Of a stretch of 64,000 nt of DNA, positions 25,801 to 39,013 are shown in pieces (the stretch's first letter is position 1; every line of letters starts with the position of its first letter). The DNA comes from Podarcis pityusensis (Eukaryota). Made by a program: the position numbers and the translations under genes. Location of the stretch: assembly GCA_964106645.2 (NCBI GenBank), contig OZ067038.1; one strand, 5' to 3'. A model generated the notes under the pieces. That model was not told where the DNA came from. It saw nothing but the letters and a program-made list of their open reading frames with translations, and searched no databases.

Positions 25801-28800
25801 TAGCACTGCAAGCCTGTGAGCAGATAATGCGCTGGAAGTGTCAGCATTTGGAAGATGGAAATGTGTACATGCCGAAGAAATTTGGCAGGAAAGTTAATAA
25901 GGATGTTCTGGCTTCTCTCCTTCTCTCTCTCCTCCTCTCTCTCCATCACACACGGATGCTAACTTTTGCTTCCTTTCTAAACTTTTGCTTGTTGTTTAAC
26001 AAATTACCCAAATTTTAGTCTTGCCAAGTCTAAGTGTTGGTTAAAAAATAAAACGTCTCCTCTAAAATCACAAATCCATCTGTTATCCAATGCAAATGTA
26101 TCATATAAGCAAGGCCACTGGTTCTTTTCTTGGGGTCTGTATACACATGGCAATTTTTGCTTCATGGATGTCTAGTACTCTGATAGGTGTGTGCAGTAGT
26201 AAACACAGTACAATATATTTTTATTGGGTGTGTAGTTTTTGGGGACCTGGAATTGGAGTGAGTCCCAAACAACTGCATAACTGACAAAATAAAGCCTTGT
26301 GTCCTTTATGCACTGGTAAGTTATGCATTTTCCAACAAACATGGTATATTTCATACTGGGGAAATGTTGACTATGAAGTGTCTGATTTGTAGCTAGGTAT
26401 TTTAGGCTGCTAGGCCTTTGCTACCTTTACAAATTCTTCTTTCTTCCCAGACTCCCTTAGGTGATTATTTCACATATGTCAACAGCAAATGCAAGATACA
26501 GATTAAAATTCCTTTCTTTGACACATAAACCTGCCCCATGGGGGAGGTAAAGTCAATAATGTTATATTCGATTTTCTAACATTTGCATGTTTTCCATCCA
26601 CATTCTTAAATGATATGGACACTTTCATACCATGTTTTGTGAATAGCTAGTGGTTTGTGCAATTTTTGCAAAGAACTCTTTGGACATGATAGTTGGCCTC
26701 TGACAGAACTCATCCTTATTTTAGGTAGGGACAAATAACATCTTTTCCAGAGAGTTAAGGTCCTTCGACAGAGGGATCACTTCTCATGATGCATCTCTGC
26801 TCTCAGCCCTGGCAAACAGGCTTGGCAGGTTTTTGCATTATGCCCAAATCCCCGGAAAACTGTTTGCCCAGAGGTGGTAACAAAATAAACATTTGTGAAC
26901 TATATGAAGTGTTGTATGCCTTTACCACCTTTGAAGAGCTGAAGAGGTAAAGATTTTGCAAAGATCTTGGATTTGATTTAGCAGTTTTTCTTTTTCATGA
27001 GCTACTGGGTTGCCTTTGTGATACTATGTAGGAAACCTCAGTGAACATAAGGGCCCTACTGGATTATACCAAGGGCCCAGCTAGTGCAGCGCTCTGTTTT
27101 ACAGTGACTGACCAGATGCCTACAGGAAGTCCAAAGCAGGGCATGAACACAGCAGCCTTCTCCTGCTCATGATCTCCAGCAACTGCTATTCAGAAACACA
27201 CTGTTTCTGATATGGGAGGTACTACATAGCAATCATGGTTGGAAGCCCTTGATAGCCTTAGGTGCAAGTTGTTGTTCAGCAAGGGAGTTTCCCAGCATGT
27301 TTTTCTTTTAACACTGTGGCTAGCACAGTTGGTTCACAACTAAGGCATAAGAAACCAAATGTGCTGGTGTTACCTTCTGGATGACCTGGAATACAACCCT
27401 AGCCCAGCCATGTCCATAGGTGGTGACAGAACAATGCAAAATTCTATTCCATATAAATAATTTCCTTAAGTTGACTGCATCAGACAAATCCTGTGTAAGC
27501 AAGCTTTGCTTTTTACAACACAGGCTTTAATAGGTATATACATAAAATTCTGAAGGGCTTTTGATCCATAGGGCAGGCATAATTTAGGAGCTGACCACTC
27601 ACAGATAGGTAGAATGTATGGATCTTGGAATATAACTACCAGACTCAGAGCATACCTTGCGGTTGCCATGGAACTATCACCCAAAATGAGTTCAGTGTGG
27701 CAAGTTGCGCTTGTTGCTGCCATAATGTCTGCAAGCACTAATCGTTTAGATTGGTGCCATCAAGTGGCGGTAAAGCCAGAATGGGGCTGACACACCATGG
27801 TAAAGCCATTTTTAAAGCATCTCTGGTGACTGTAACCTATGCTGTAGCCCCCCAAGTCAAATCCTCACATACAGGTACTTTGGGTAGGGCTGTGAACCAA
27901 AGCTAATTTAACAAAAAGGAAAAAAAAGGAAAGGAAAACACTTCAATGAAGAATTAAGGCAAACCTCACTGAACGCCTCCAGGCCCAAACAGTCCATTAA
28001 CTTAATGCATTTTTATGTCAATTGCTGTGTTAGGTTTTCATCATCTATCCATTATTCATGCTTTGATTTATACCTACCACCCCGGTCTTAGAAGATATTA
28101 TGCTGAAATAAGTTGCATCGATTTCAGTGGAATGCACTTCCACATAAGTGGCTTAGGATCATAGCCCTGAGTGCATATTTTATCAACCATACTCTTTGTT
28201 TTGGTATAGTGAAAACTTCTTTTGGTTATAAGTTTCCATGTGACACAGCCAACAAAATATACAATGCAGGTGATGTGCAAAAGAAAGCAATAGATGTGTG
28301 GGCATTATGTAATGTCATGACACTTGCTCAGCTTCTAACTGGGACCAGGCAAAGTAGAACGACATTTTGCTAGGGCTTAGTCAGTTTCTGGGCACAGTGT
28401 GAGGTACTAGTGCTTACTTTCAAAGCCTTTTAGATTGGGACTGGAGAACCTGAAACTTTGATTGATTTATAGCAGTCTTCATCCTTCAGCGCCCCCCCAA
28501 AAGCTCTCACAGTGGCTTACAAAGATCAGTAAGACAGTCCTTACTCTCAGATTTAGAATCTAAAAGCCACAACACAAAAGGAAGAGGGACTGAGGAGAAG
28601 GAAAAACAACAACAGAGGCACCTGATCTGAAAAACAAAGTTCCTTCAACAATCAGCTGCAATGAAAACTGGAAAGAATTAGCCAACAGTTGCTTCCCATT
28701 TTCTCTTCCCCGTAGCCTGATGTAATGCCTGCTGACAGGTGTGAGGGACAGGATTGATTTGATAATTTTGATTCTTTAATTTGTGTACTGCTTAATATAT

Positions 28801-30658
28801 TTAAAAATATATCTAGGTGGTGTACAGAAAACAGGAGCGGCAACAAACAATTTAAAGAAAATATTACAAAGGTGCAACCGGATGCCGCCTTCTGCCTCAG
28901 CTGCAACAAAACATGTCTCCTCACATGGACACTACTTCCAACTGCAGTGTTCTGGGTATGTCTGGGAAATTCCAGACGTATGGCAACCCTAAAATCCATC
29001 ATGCTGTCCAATAGACCATACTTGATACCATCAGTAGGAAATGTCTGACAGAACACTTCCCCCTCAGCCTGTTGTTCCTGGTTGTGAACTCTGAATAAAT
29101 CACATCCATTATTTACATTTCCTTCCCAACTCAGCCCGTCTTTAATAAATTAAAATTAAAATAGATTCTGATTCTTTCCCCTCTGTTTCTGAGAGCCTGA
29201 GAACTATGGATTGTGGGTAAGAAATGTGGGCAGAGGAGGAAGTGAATTTATTAACAGGAATGACTGAGGGGGGTATTAATGGGTATATGTGATGTGTGAG
29301 GAAAGGTTAAAGGGTCTGGCTGTGTTTAATGAAAGTAAAGATTAAGGCAGGAATGGAGGCCCCTAGAAAGGCACAAGGATATGCCCAAGGTCACTCTGGG
29401 AGTTTATGGCACAGTTGGAATTGGATTCAGGCCTTTGGAGGCTGGTGGCCTTTCAGGGACATGTGCTTTAACTGCCAAAGTCACCTTTCGTCTGTTTAAA
29501 CTAGTGCCCCTTTCAGTGCTTGTAGTGTGGTGCTTGTCACATGACTGGAGTCGGTTAAATGCTGATGTGTTTTGTTTGCTCTTTGTTTTTAAGGGTTTCT
29601 GTATTTGCTCTAGCTGTGTTTCGCAACTTTCCGTTTAATGGGTAGCACTCTACCTATAAATCCAGCTGTACACTTCGGCAAAGGGGTAGCCATGGATTTT
29701 GGATTCAGACTCATATAGTTATGCACGGCAGAGACCTTTCGCGTGAGAAAGGGACCACCCAATTTTGCATTCATAGCCAATGCAGACATCTAGGTTGTGT
29801 CTGCACAGCAGGATTTCCCAGTTACATTTTGTGCAATTTGAGTTCATGTTGTTTAGAGGACAGAGGTTCAAGACCTGCAACCAGACCTTGGGCCAATGTT
29901 ATAATCGTTGTCCTAGAAATACTACCATTTTGAAAGCAAGCTGATATAAATACTTATGCTCATACTTCCACTTGTTAGGAAAAGATGCACTGGCCACATT
30001 TGCCTCTAACTCAAAACAGTGGTTTAGCGGATGATCCTAATTGAAATGTCAGACTTGCGTGCTGCCAGTCACCTGTGCTCCACCCACATGGCCGAAAAGG
30101 AGGAGTTTAGTTTCACTTCTAAAGGGTTACAATTTAGGGCTAGGTTATGGTTGCATTCAAACGAACTATCCTGATTTAAAGCAACAGTGAGTTCCATAAC
30201 AGTGTTAAAAGGTTTTCACTGTATACTTGCAATTGTTCCATACATATTTTCATTGTACTATAAATCTCTTTGGGATGCCTCGTGGGAAGTGATTCATTCA
30301 TCAACAAAAAAATGTCAACTTGGCTGACTACTGTTTGCTTTAAACTTAGAATCTCTGGTTCGAAAAGAAAGCTAAGCAGGGATGCTTTAAAAGTGAAACT
30401 AAACTCTGCCACACTCCCCCCCCCCCGACTCCATTGGTGCGAGGAGGAGAGATGATGGAGCAGGGAGGAGTGGGGAGCACAGCAGCTCTGTGCTTTGCTC
30501 AGACTTATCTATTTAGTTGCCATGTTCATTTCGCCTACTTTTCACAAAACTATATTTCATGTGCATTCACGAAAAGCAGCCAATCTGCCTCTCGAAGGAA
30601 TAACGCAGGGAGCACTTTAATTCCTTAGCTCCACCTTTCCTGTTTCTGCTTCCTTGTA

Positions 30659-30899
30659 CAGTGGTACCTCGGTTTATGAACTTAATCTGTTCCAGAAGTC
30701 CGTTCTTAAACAGAAACCGTTCTTAAACCGAGGCGTGCTTTCCCTAATGAGGCCTCCTGCCACTGGTGCCCTTCCACTGTTCGGATTCCATTCATAGACC
30801 GAGGTAAAGTTCGTAAACCGGAACACTACTTCTGGTTTTGCAGAGTTTGTATACTGAATAGTTCGTAAACAGGGCTGTTCTTAAACCGAGGTACCACTG
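30659..30899. mobile_element. Tc1/mariner (Tigger-like) MITE
   Basis: TIR cagtggtacctcggttta / taaaccgaggtaccactg, flanked by TA. Confidence 0.9.
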
Positions 30900-32742
30900 T
30901 ACTGAGCACATGCCTGGTAGCTGCTGAAGAAGTGTAGAGCCTTCACCTGCTCCCTCTGTTCTGTCTCTACCCAGGGACAGCAAAACTTGCAAGCTGGGAA
31001 CAAGCTGGTTTAAGCAGGAGCTCAGACACTCTAAGCAGCTCATGTTTTCAGATGCCGTTAATCCAGAGACGAGGGGACCTGTGGTGGTCCTGATGTTGCT
31101 GGACTCTAGGTCCCACCATTCCTGCCCATGGGCCATGCTGGAGGGGACTTATGGGATTTGGAGTCCAGGCATATCTTGAATGCCACAGGTTCTCCACCCC
31201 TGTATTAATCACAGAACTTTGCTGCCTTGAGCTCTGTGGGGAGGAAGGAGAGGATATCAATTGAATTAGTAATAACAACAAGAATAACAAAATCCTCAGT
31301 ATTATATATATATTTTTCAGTCTGAAATTCATATATTCAGGTATGGTAACTTTGTGTACCCGTAGGACCACTGCTGAGTTATTTTAAAAAGTGGTTTTAG
31401 GATTGTGGCCTGTATTTACCTCCTCAGAAGCTACTTCTGCATTCATTGGTGCCTTGCAAACATGGGGATGTGGGCATGGGGATTGCAGTACTTCAGCTGT
31501 GCAGTGCCAAGGTGGGCAGGTCTTTCTCATGTCTTACACAGATGCATCCTTAGGAGCCCCTTGCCCTGGGTTGCTATATCAAGAACCCTGGTGTGGGGGC
31601 CAGGAGGTTGCTGGCTGCTTACAATAGCACTGCAGGGCTGCCCATGAAGTTGGTCTGTGCTACTAATAAGCTCTTACCTCAACATTTTGGAATTTCTCCT
31701 TCCCTGCATTCCTGGTCATGGGGATGTGGAGCATGCTCTCTCTCTCCCCCACCCGACATCCCCCAGGGGGGAAACTGTTTCCTTGAATTGGCTCCAAACT
31801 TATTTGGCACTCGATTGCTAAAATTGCTGACATCTGGTCAGTGTTATGCTTTAAACGTCATGAGGTTGGCCATTAAAAGCAGCCCCCTTTTAGGTCTCTT
31901 TATCCAAAAAAGCAGCCCCCAGCATCAACTAGTTGGAATGGATTTGGGGGGGGGGGATGCAGAAGAACTGTCGCCTATAGGAACTTAGCCTCTTGTGCTG
32001 GCGAAAGCCTGTGGCTTCTGGAATCACTGGCTTTGCAGGGAAATCCCTTCCTGGAGTTGTTCAAAATTTTGTTTATCCCCTTTCTTCCTCTGCTTCCAAA
32101 AAGCTATGGCACGGGTTCTGGTGACTAGGGTGGAATTTACATTGGGGGGGGGTGGGACATTTTTGTAAAAACTCAACAATTCTGGTGGTTTCCTGAAAAA
32201 AAGCTCAACAAGAAAGGGGTGTCCTGTTGAAATATGGCAACCCTACAGGTGAGCAGCCATTGGCCCTTGTTAAATGGACTATTTGGACAGGAGTCTCTTG
32301 TTTCATGGGTCCAATGGACTTGTCTGTAAAACCCAATACTCATAAAAACTCTCGCCAGTGCCATACAGGAGTCTACCACCTTCCAAGCTTGAGCTAGGAA
32401 TAGTTGTACATTCTGATATACATTCTTGGAGTTGGCTGTAGTCAGAGATGGAGGAGACAAAGGTAATAGCCATTTTCAAGATGCATCTGTCTTATTTGTT
32501 GAAAGATCATAACACCTTTCCAAGATGCATGCAGCATATCTGTACACCATCTGTGCAGGCAAGACGAATCAAGGGGAGAGATAGTTGGTCAGATTAGGGA
32601 GAAGGGTCTCTTGTAAAGAAAATGCTGAATATATTAGCAAACAATATTATGCAATCTCTGCATTACAAAAAGGAGGTTCACATAGGTTCACATCTTCTAT
32701 TTTCTCCCTACTAGTATATTTTCTCCCTACTAGTCTCAGTTT

Positions 32743-32844
32743 TCTGACCAAACTGCGGGAGGCAGTGGAAGACACGAGTGCCTGGCGTGCTCTGGTCCAT
32801 GGGTTCACGAAGAGTCGGACACAACTAAACGACTAAACAACAAC
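32743..32844 (+). mobile_element. BovB (RTE) LINE extreme 3' end, ~100 bp
   Basis: Encodes KLREAVEDTSAWRALVHGFTKSRTQLND, with a (CAA)n tail and TSD agtctcagttt at 32732-32742 and 32845-32855. Confidence 0.9.
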
Positions 32845-33589
32845 AGTCTCAGTTTGCGTTTCTTTCTAAAGCTGCGTGAGAGATAGTGCCATGGAGAATT
32901 GGGCTTGGTTGTTCTACTTCCTTTGGAGTTGGCCTGTGACCACGTTCACTTTTTTGGATTAAGAGTCTATGACTGTAGGAGTCATAGACTTGTTGATTTG
33001 AAACATTATTTGATCTGAGGTTCTGCAGATATTGTTCCTCTTGCTCAAGAGACTGTGAAGCAACAGAGCCCTATGGCAAGGCTTTCTATCAAGATGAATT
33101 TATAATCTGAGCAGAAGAGATAGCCAGAGCAAGGAGAAATTGGGCTGCAGGAAGCTGGCACTGTGGTATGACCAAAAAGTATTGTGGCATCTTAAAAGAA
33201 TAAGAAGTTCATTTTGACATAAGCTTTTATGGGCCAGTGCCCAGCTGAAGTGGCACAGCAAATGATTGAATTAACAGTCCTCAAGATTGTGCCCAAACTA
33301 CCAGGATGTTGATTGGCCTGCCTGCCTCTTTTCTCCATGGAGGCAATTTCTGAAACAAGAAGCAGGAGTGATTGCAAGCTGAAGTGTCAAATTGCATTAT
33401 CTCCATTTCTCTGCAGTGTGTCATTCAGCCACTAGATGTCTCAGTAAATTGCATTGAGATCCCCGTAGAAAAAAGCTCTTCCCAAAAATTAAAAATAACA
33501 ATCTGGATTATTTGCTGCTTCTCAAGAATCCCAGAAGTTGCTTGTAATGTCTTAATTTGCAAGTTCTAGATAGAGACAAATTGATACAG

Positions 33590-33780
33590 TGTTGGTCAAG
33601 AACTGGGGAGACTGGAGTTTAAATCCTTAATCTGCTATGCAATGACACTGGTTTATCCCTGTCTCTCAGGTTAACCTACCTCACAGGGTTGTTGTGAGGA
33701 TAAAACAGGGAGGGAAACAGCCTTGTCTGTCACTCTAATCACTTTGGAGGAAGTGTGGGACAGAAATGTAATGGATAGTA
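33590..33780 (+). mobile_element. Old CORE/MIR-like SINE
   Basis: tctctcaggttaacctacctcacagggttgttgtgaggataaaa core. Similar copies occur at ~38320-38500, ~52255-52440 and ~60060-60245 (-). Confidence 0.65.
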
Positions 33781-33964
33781 ATTTTATCTCAGCTTTTCCT
33801 CAGAACCCTGTCTCCTTCACAGTTAGGCTGCATCTAGGAGCCAGTTACTTACCGGCAAAGGTTATCATGCAAGTAATAAGGGCCCCAGCATATCAGACTT
33901 ATAAAGAGACCTCTCACTAGAACAACAGTGCTATTCAAGGCTTCTTTTTCCAGAGGCCACATTT

Positions 33965-34840
33965 CCAGAGTAGCAGCCATGTTAGTTTGTGGCAACAAGA
34001 AACAAGTCTCATGGCATATTAAAGGCTAACACATGTATTTTGGCATAAGCACTCATGGACTCAATCGGATGTTGTCCTCAGCTGGAAAGGATATGTATAT
34101 GCATGGGTACAGAGGTAATAAACTATATAGTGAGATCAGATGATAATTAAATGGGAAAAATTATTCTCTGACAATTACATGAAGCTTAAATGTAAGCGTA
34201 ATAAACACTTGCCTGGTTTAAAACTTGACTTGATCTGAGTGACCATTTGCAGCAGCAGTAATTGATGGCAATACAAGCATCCTAGAATCGCTAATTAAAA
34301 TCTTTATTGAGTTAGGCAACCATTGCCTCTATTCAGGCAGAACTGAATGTCCTGATAAGTTGCAATTCAGCAGTTTCATGCTGGTGTGACCCTTTTAAAG
34401 TTCCTTTGTTAAAGAATGACCACTTTAAGGCCAGCAGTGGAATGCCCTGGGAGGTTGAAATGTTCTCCCACTGGTTTCAACATGTTGTCCTTTCTGATGT
34501 CAGATTTGGGTCCATTTATCCTTTCATAGAGACTGAATGCAGAAGAGCATTGCTGACGGATGGTACACGTATTGTGTTGGTAGATGAGCGGGTGAACGGA
34601 TCCTTGATGTTCTGACTGATGTTACTAGCTCTCAAAATAGTTGGGAGACAGTTGGCATCTGGGTTTGCTTCAGGTATCTGTTGTTTGTGTCTTTTGGGGG
34701 TTGTCTGTTGCTGAAGTAACTCTTCGATACATCTTGTTTTTATAGCATATTCGTAGTGATTTGTTCTCATGATTCTGTTGGGGCGGTCACATGAGAACCT
34801 GCTTTCAATACTGTTTGTGCTGGAAAGAGATGAGAATGCT
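33965..34840 (-). mobile_element. Penelope-like element fragment (GIY-YIG endonuclease region and 3' end)
   Basis: The minus strand gives NISQNIKDPFTRSSTN and RINGPKSDIRK...KPVGEHFNLPGHS...LKVVIL, typical of reptile Penelope-like GIY-YIG domains. The terminus is gagtagcagccatgttagt...ggcataagc. The hammerhead region (~34040-34072) appears partly deleted. Confidence 0.8.
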
Positions 34841-36150
34841 ACAACTAAAGCTCTACAGTGGGTAGCCAGAAGAGTGCTTTTAGATGTTGTTGGACTACAA
34901 GTACTATCATCCCTGATCATTGGCAAAGCTGGCAGGGGCTGATGGAAGTTGGAGTCCAACAACGTTACCTACCCCTACGCTCCATTGAGGAGTTTGTACA
35001 GGTTAATAATCTGTGTATTTATTGTGCTATAAAGTGACTGGGCTGACAGGTCCTAAATCACTGATAGTTCCTTGAATGGGTTTGCTTAGTAAAATCAGCA
35101 AGTGGAGATTGTGTGCTCTTCAGTTTGCTTCTCACCGGAACTCCCTGTTGCCTCATATACAAGTAGAACATATATAGTTTTTAAAGAGGCCGCTACTGAG
35201 ATACGGAGATGAGTATCTCATGGCCTTGTAAATACTGCCATGCTTAATGGAGTAGATCAGCAATTCCTTGGTGTGATGTCATCACCCCTGGGGTGCCAAG
35301 GTAAAAGGTGCCTTTGAAGCCCACTAAAGTGAATGTGTATGTTGAGTTAAGGATTAGCACACTTGATCCATCTGAAACTACAAGGGTGGGGGGATTATGG
35401 CTGAGCAGAACCTTGGCAATGAGAAGGATTAAGAGGCAGAAGGGTGGGGAAAGAGAGATCACTAGGCAAATGCTAGTATAAACAGGTAATGGAGCAGACC
35501 CTCAGCTGCATAAACACACAGGCAGAGCGTGACCCAACAGAGGGAATATTGTTCCTCCTATAGCCCTCTTAAAATGTGCAGAACCCTTGGGCTTGAGGAA
35601 TGTGGTCTAATTTATGGGCCTGCAGAGGGAGTATCCCTCATCCTGTAAATTGTGTTACAATCCCCTACTTTTCTAGGAATACGTTCCTGTGTATACTTAC
35701 CATTAGGATGAACGTTTTATAGAGGTACAGAAATTTTGCATTTCTGAACTGTGTTTCTGAATGCATTGCTCCCTCTTATAGTAAGCAAACGTAGATGGAA
35801 TAAGGATGAATGTTTCTGAAAGCCTCCAAGCTAAAATTGCACAGGATTCCACCCCTTAACCTCTTACTTTATTGTTCTGTGGGTTGTCTTTGCCATGTAT
35901 GTGTTCCACTTTCCCTGAATTTTGTTGTAGGAGAAATTTCTACAATTAACTCAGGAGCTGAAGGATATGCATTTTGATAGGCCCATCAGTTCATTTCCTC
36001 CTTCTCTTCCTCCCTCATATGAATATGTGCATTCACAAAACACTGCCAAAAAGAAAAAGTGGTGATGGGGGCTGTACATATGAACTCATCACAGTTATTT
36101 TTTGTGGGATTTGAAGGCTGGATTTGCTCTTGCACATTGGTAAAAACACA

Positions 36151-36290
36151 CACAAAAGAAATGTATTTTTGGTGTGTGTTGTAAACTGCCTTGAGCATGT
36201 TTTTAACTATGGAAAGGTGGCACAAAAGGAATGTATTTTTGGTGTGTGTTGTAAACTGCCTTGAGCATGGTTTTAACTATGGAAAGGCGG
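36151..36290 (+). repeat. Tandem duplication of a 70-bp L2-tail-like unit
   Basis: 36151-36220 and 36221-36290 differ at 3 positions and are followed by aataaaattatgtatgtatgta. Confidence 0.9.
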
Positions 36291-38719
36291 CATACAAATA
36301 AAATTATGTATGTATGTATATCCTGTCTGAAAGCCTGGAGAGCCGCTGCCAAGTCAGTGCTGACATTATTGGCCTTGATGGATAAATAGCCCGACTCAGT
36401 ATAAAGCAGCTTCCTATATTCCTGGGAGAAATCAGCTCATGAGGCTGCCTGTGGCTTTTGAGTGAAATCCCCCATTCCTCGGCTGCTTTTATTCCTACAC
36501 AGCCCTCCAGCTGCAAAAAACTTTGGAGCTCTGACTCTGACCCTTGGGCTGCAACAGGCAGAGATGCAGGGGGCAGGGGCAAAAAGAGAGAGGAGTTTCC
36601 AGCACCGCAGGGCATGGTCTTTTGCTCAGTCTCTGACAAATATACCATGAAAAAAGACTTCCATAGTGTGCCCTCAAACAAAGTACATTTGGCCAGGAGA
36701 TTATACAACCAAGGAAAATTCAGCTCTGTAGCTAGAAGGAAAATTGATTTTTTTTTTAAAGGGAGGGGATCACGGTGGAATGCCCTGCCACTTCAGACAC
36801 TAAGAGCTGCCCACGCATCTGGCAGCTTTCCAGTCTGTTGTTTTAATGCTACAAAGCAGCGAGAAATATATAGTTTCCTGACTGGGGAAATGATAGCTGG
36901 TTCTTGTACAGAGTGCATGGCCAGTGCTGTCACACACACCCTGCTGCAGATGTGCAGTGTTGCAAGATTTCACTGACTGATCAGTATGATTAACTGGTTG
37001 CACTTTTTTCAACGGGAGCTTGAAACGGGAGTTTGACCTCATCAAAAGGACATTGTTTGATGTAAATAACATAACGACCCCCACCAAACCTATAAAAATT
37101 TGCCTCCAAATTACCTCTTGCAGACTTTTACTTCCAAGCAAGCCAGCAAGCCAGCAAGAGCTTCAATCTGTCCCCAGTTTAAATCAAGATCAGCTATTCT
37201 CTGCTAGGATCTGCATCAGTAGGTGGCACTCTTTCATCTGGTCACACTAAAGTTGGATTTACTTTTGAAACAGATAATGCGAAGGAAGCGTGTTTGCTTT
37301 TATTGGCTGGGAGTGATTCTGCTGGTGCAATTTCGGTCGGCTAAAGTTCTATGTAGGCACTGTCCTTTGCTCCAAAAAATGGAGAGGCTCTTGTGATTGC
37401 TGGGCTATATGCTGGTTTAAGTCCTCTAGTGGTCATTTAGCTTTAGAGCATAGTTGCCTGTGATGGTGGCACCTATACAAACTCACACTGTGTTTGGTTC
37501 ATCTTTCTTAGTAATTCATAGGAACCTTTCTGGTAAATAAGCTGCTGCTGTTAGTTTTGGTGCTGTAATACAAATCTGGGTCTGTGAGACGGTTCTCTTC
37601 CTCCTGAACACATGGCTCCAGAAGCCAATGTTTAATGTCTAATCTATTAACCTGGAAGTGAAAATTCAACAGCAGCAATTTGTTTCAAAAGTTTTCCTGC
37701 TCCACCCTGTGCGGCTTTCCTCCTGGATGTTTAGCTTCAGGGACCAGAGGGAGGGGAAGAGGGAGAGAGAAGCTTGAATGAGCATTTAAGAGGAGGTTGA
37801 AGATGCTTCTTGCATTGGTCTGCATCCATCTGCCACTAGAGATTTGTTTCTTCCCAGATTCCAGGGTGGAAAGAGCATGGGAAGAGGCGAACTCTGCCCC
37901 ATGCATTCCCCTTCTGGGACCATCAGGGATGCTCACGTGTTTGAGGATTTGCAAAGGTCAGTGAAACAAATGCATTCTGTTTTCATGGCTCATGTAATGA
38001 AGAACTATGAAGGGTGTTGGCTTGCTCTGAATCCAAAGTGCAAACACATTTTTCTTCTCCTTCCCCATCTCCTCCACTTTCACGTATACTGTACCAGGCC
38101 ACAAATTCAAACAAAGGACAACATATACAACAAAGAATCTAGTGGTGCATTTTCCTATCATTGCATCTATATAACGTGCAGTCCAACTGTCTGTCTTTAT
38201 CTAAGGAAGTCAGTGTTCTGTATTGGTTGTGTAGATAGCTATCATGACTGTTGAGCATGCTCACTGGGACTGATGGCAGTTATGTTTCAACAATATATGG
38301 AAGACACTACATGGGCTAGTGAGACGTTAAGAGTCTTGTACTAAGACCAGGGAGATCCAGTTTCAGGTTCCAACTCAGCCATGAAGCTCACCAGGTGATC
38401 TTGGATCAGTCAGTATCTCTCAGCCTAGCCTCAAAAGGTTGCTGTGAGGATAACATTAAGAGTGGCATCACATGGACCAATTATGAGCTCCTTGGGGAAA
38501 GGGTGGGCTGAAACTGTATTGGGGGTGGGAGGCAAAACACACCCACCCACCACCATTCTGATAGCTTCGTTCTATGAAGTGTGTCTGAGACTTCTGTGCC
38601 GCCACTGCAGCTCAGCCAATCTGCTTGAGGGGTGTCTACCACAGAATTTACATGTAAAAAATACACTATTCCTAACTATAGGACATAACTATAGGATCTA
38701 ATTTATTGTGCAGTTATTA

Positions 38720-39013
38720 CCGTATTTTTTGCTCTATAAGACACACTTTCCCCCTCCTAAAAAGTAAGGGGAAATGTGTGTGCATCTTATGGCATGAATG
38801 CAGGCTGCTGAAGCCAGAAGAGCAAGAGGGATCAGTGCATAGCGATCCCTCTTGCTCTTCTGGTTTCAGGGTTAGCCACGCAAAGCTTCTTGAGCGTAGC
38901 CAGAGCACTCCTGCCTCTTCACTCAAGAGGCTTTGTGTTGCTTTCTTGTTTTCCTCCTCTAAAAACTAGGTGCGTCTTATGGTTGGGTGTATCTTATAGA
39001 GTGAAAAATACAG
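38720..39013. mobile_element. pogo/Tigger-type MITE with internal hairpin
   Basis: TIR ccgtatttttt.gctctataaga / tcttatagagtgaaaaatacag, flanked by TA. Same family as 41254-41422. Confidence 0.85.

Noticed and set aside
36458-36976. 172-aa plus-strand ORF
   Set aside because: TTG start, no recognisable homology and no convincing in-phase splice sites.
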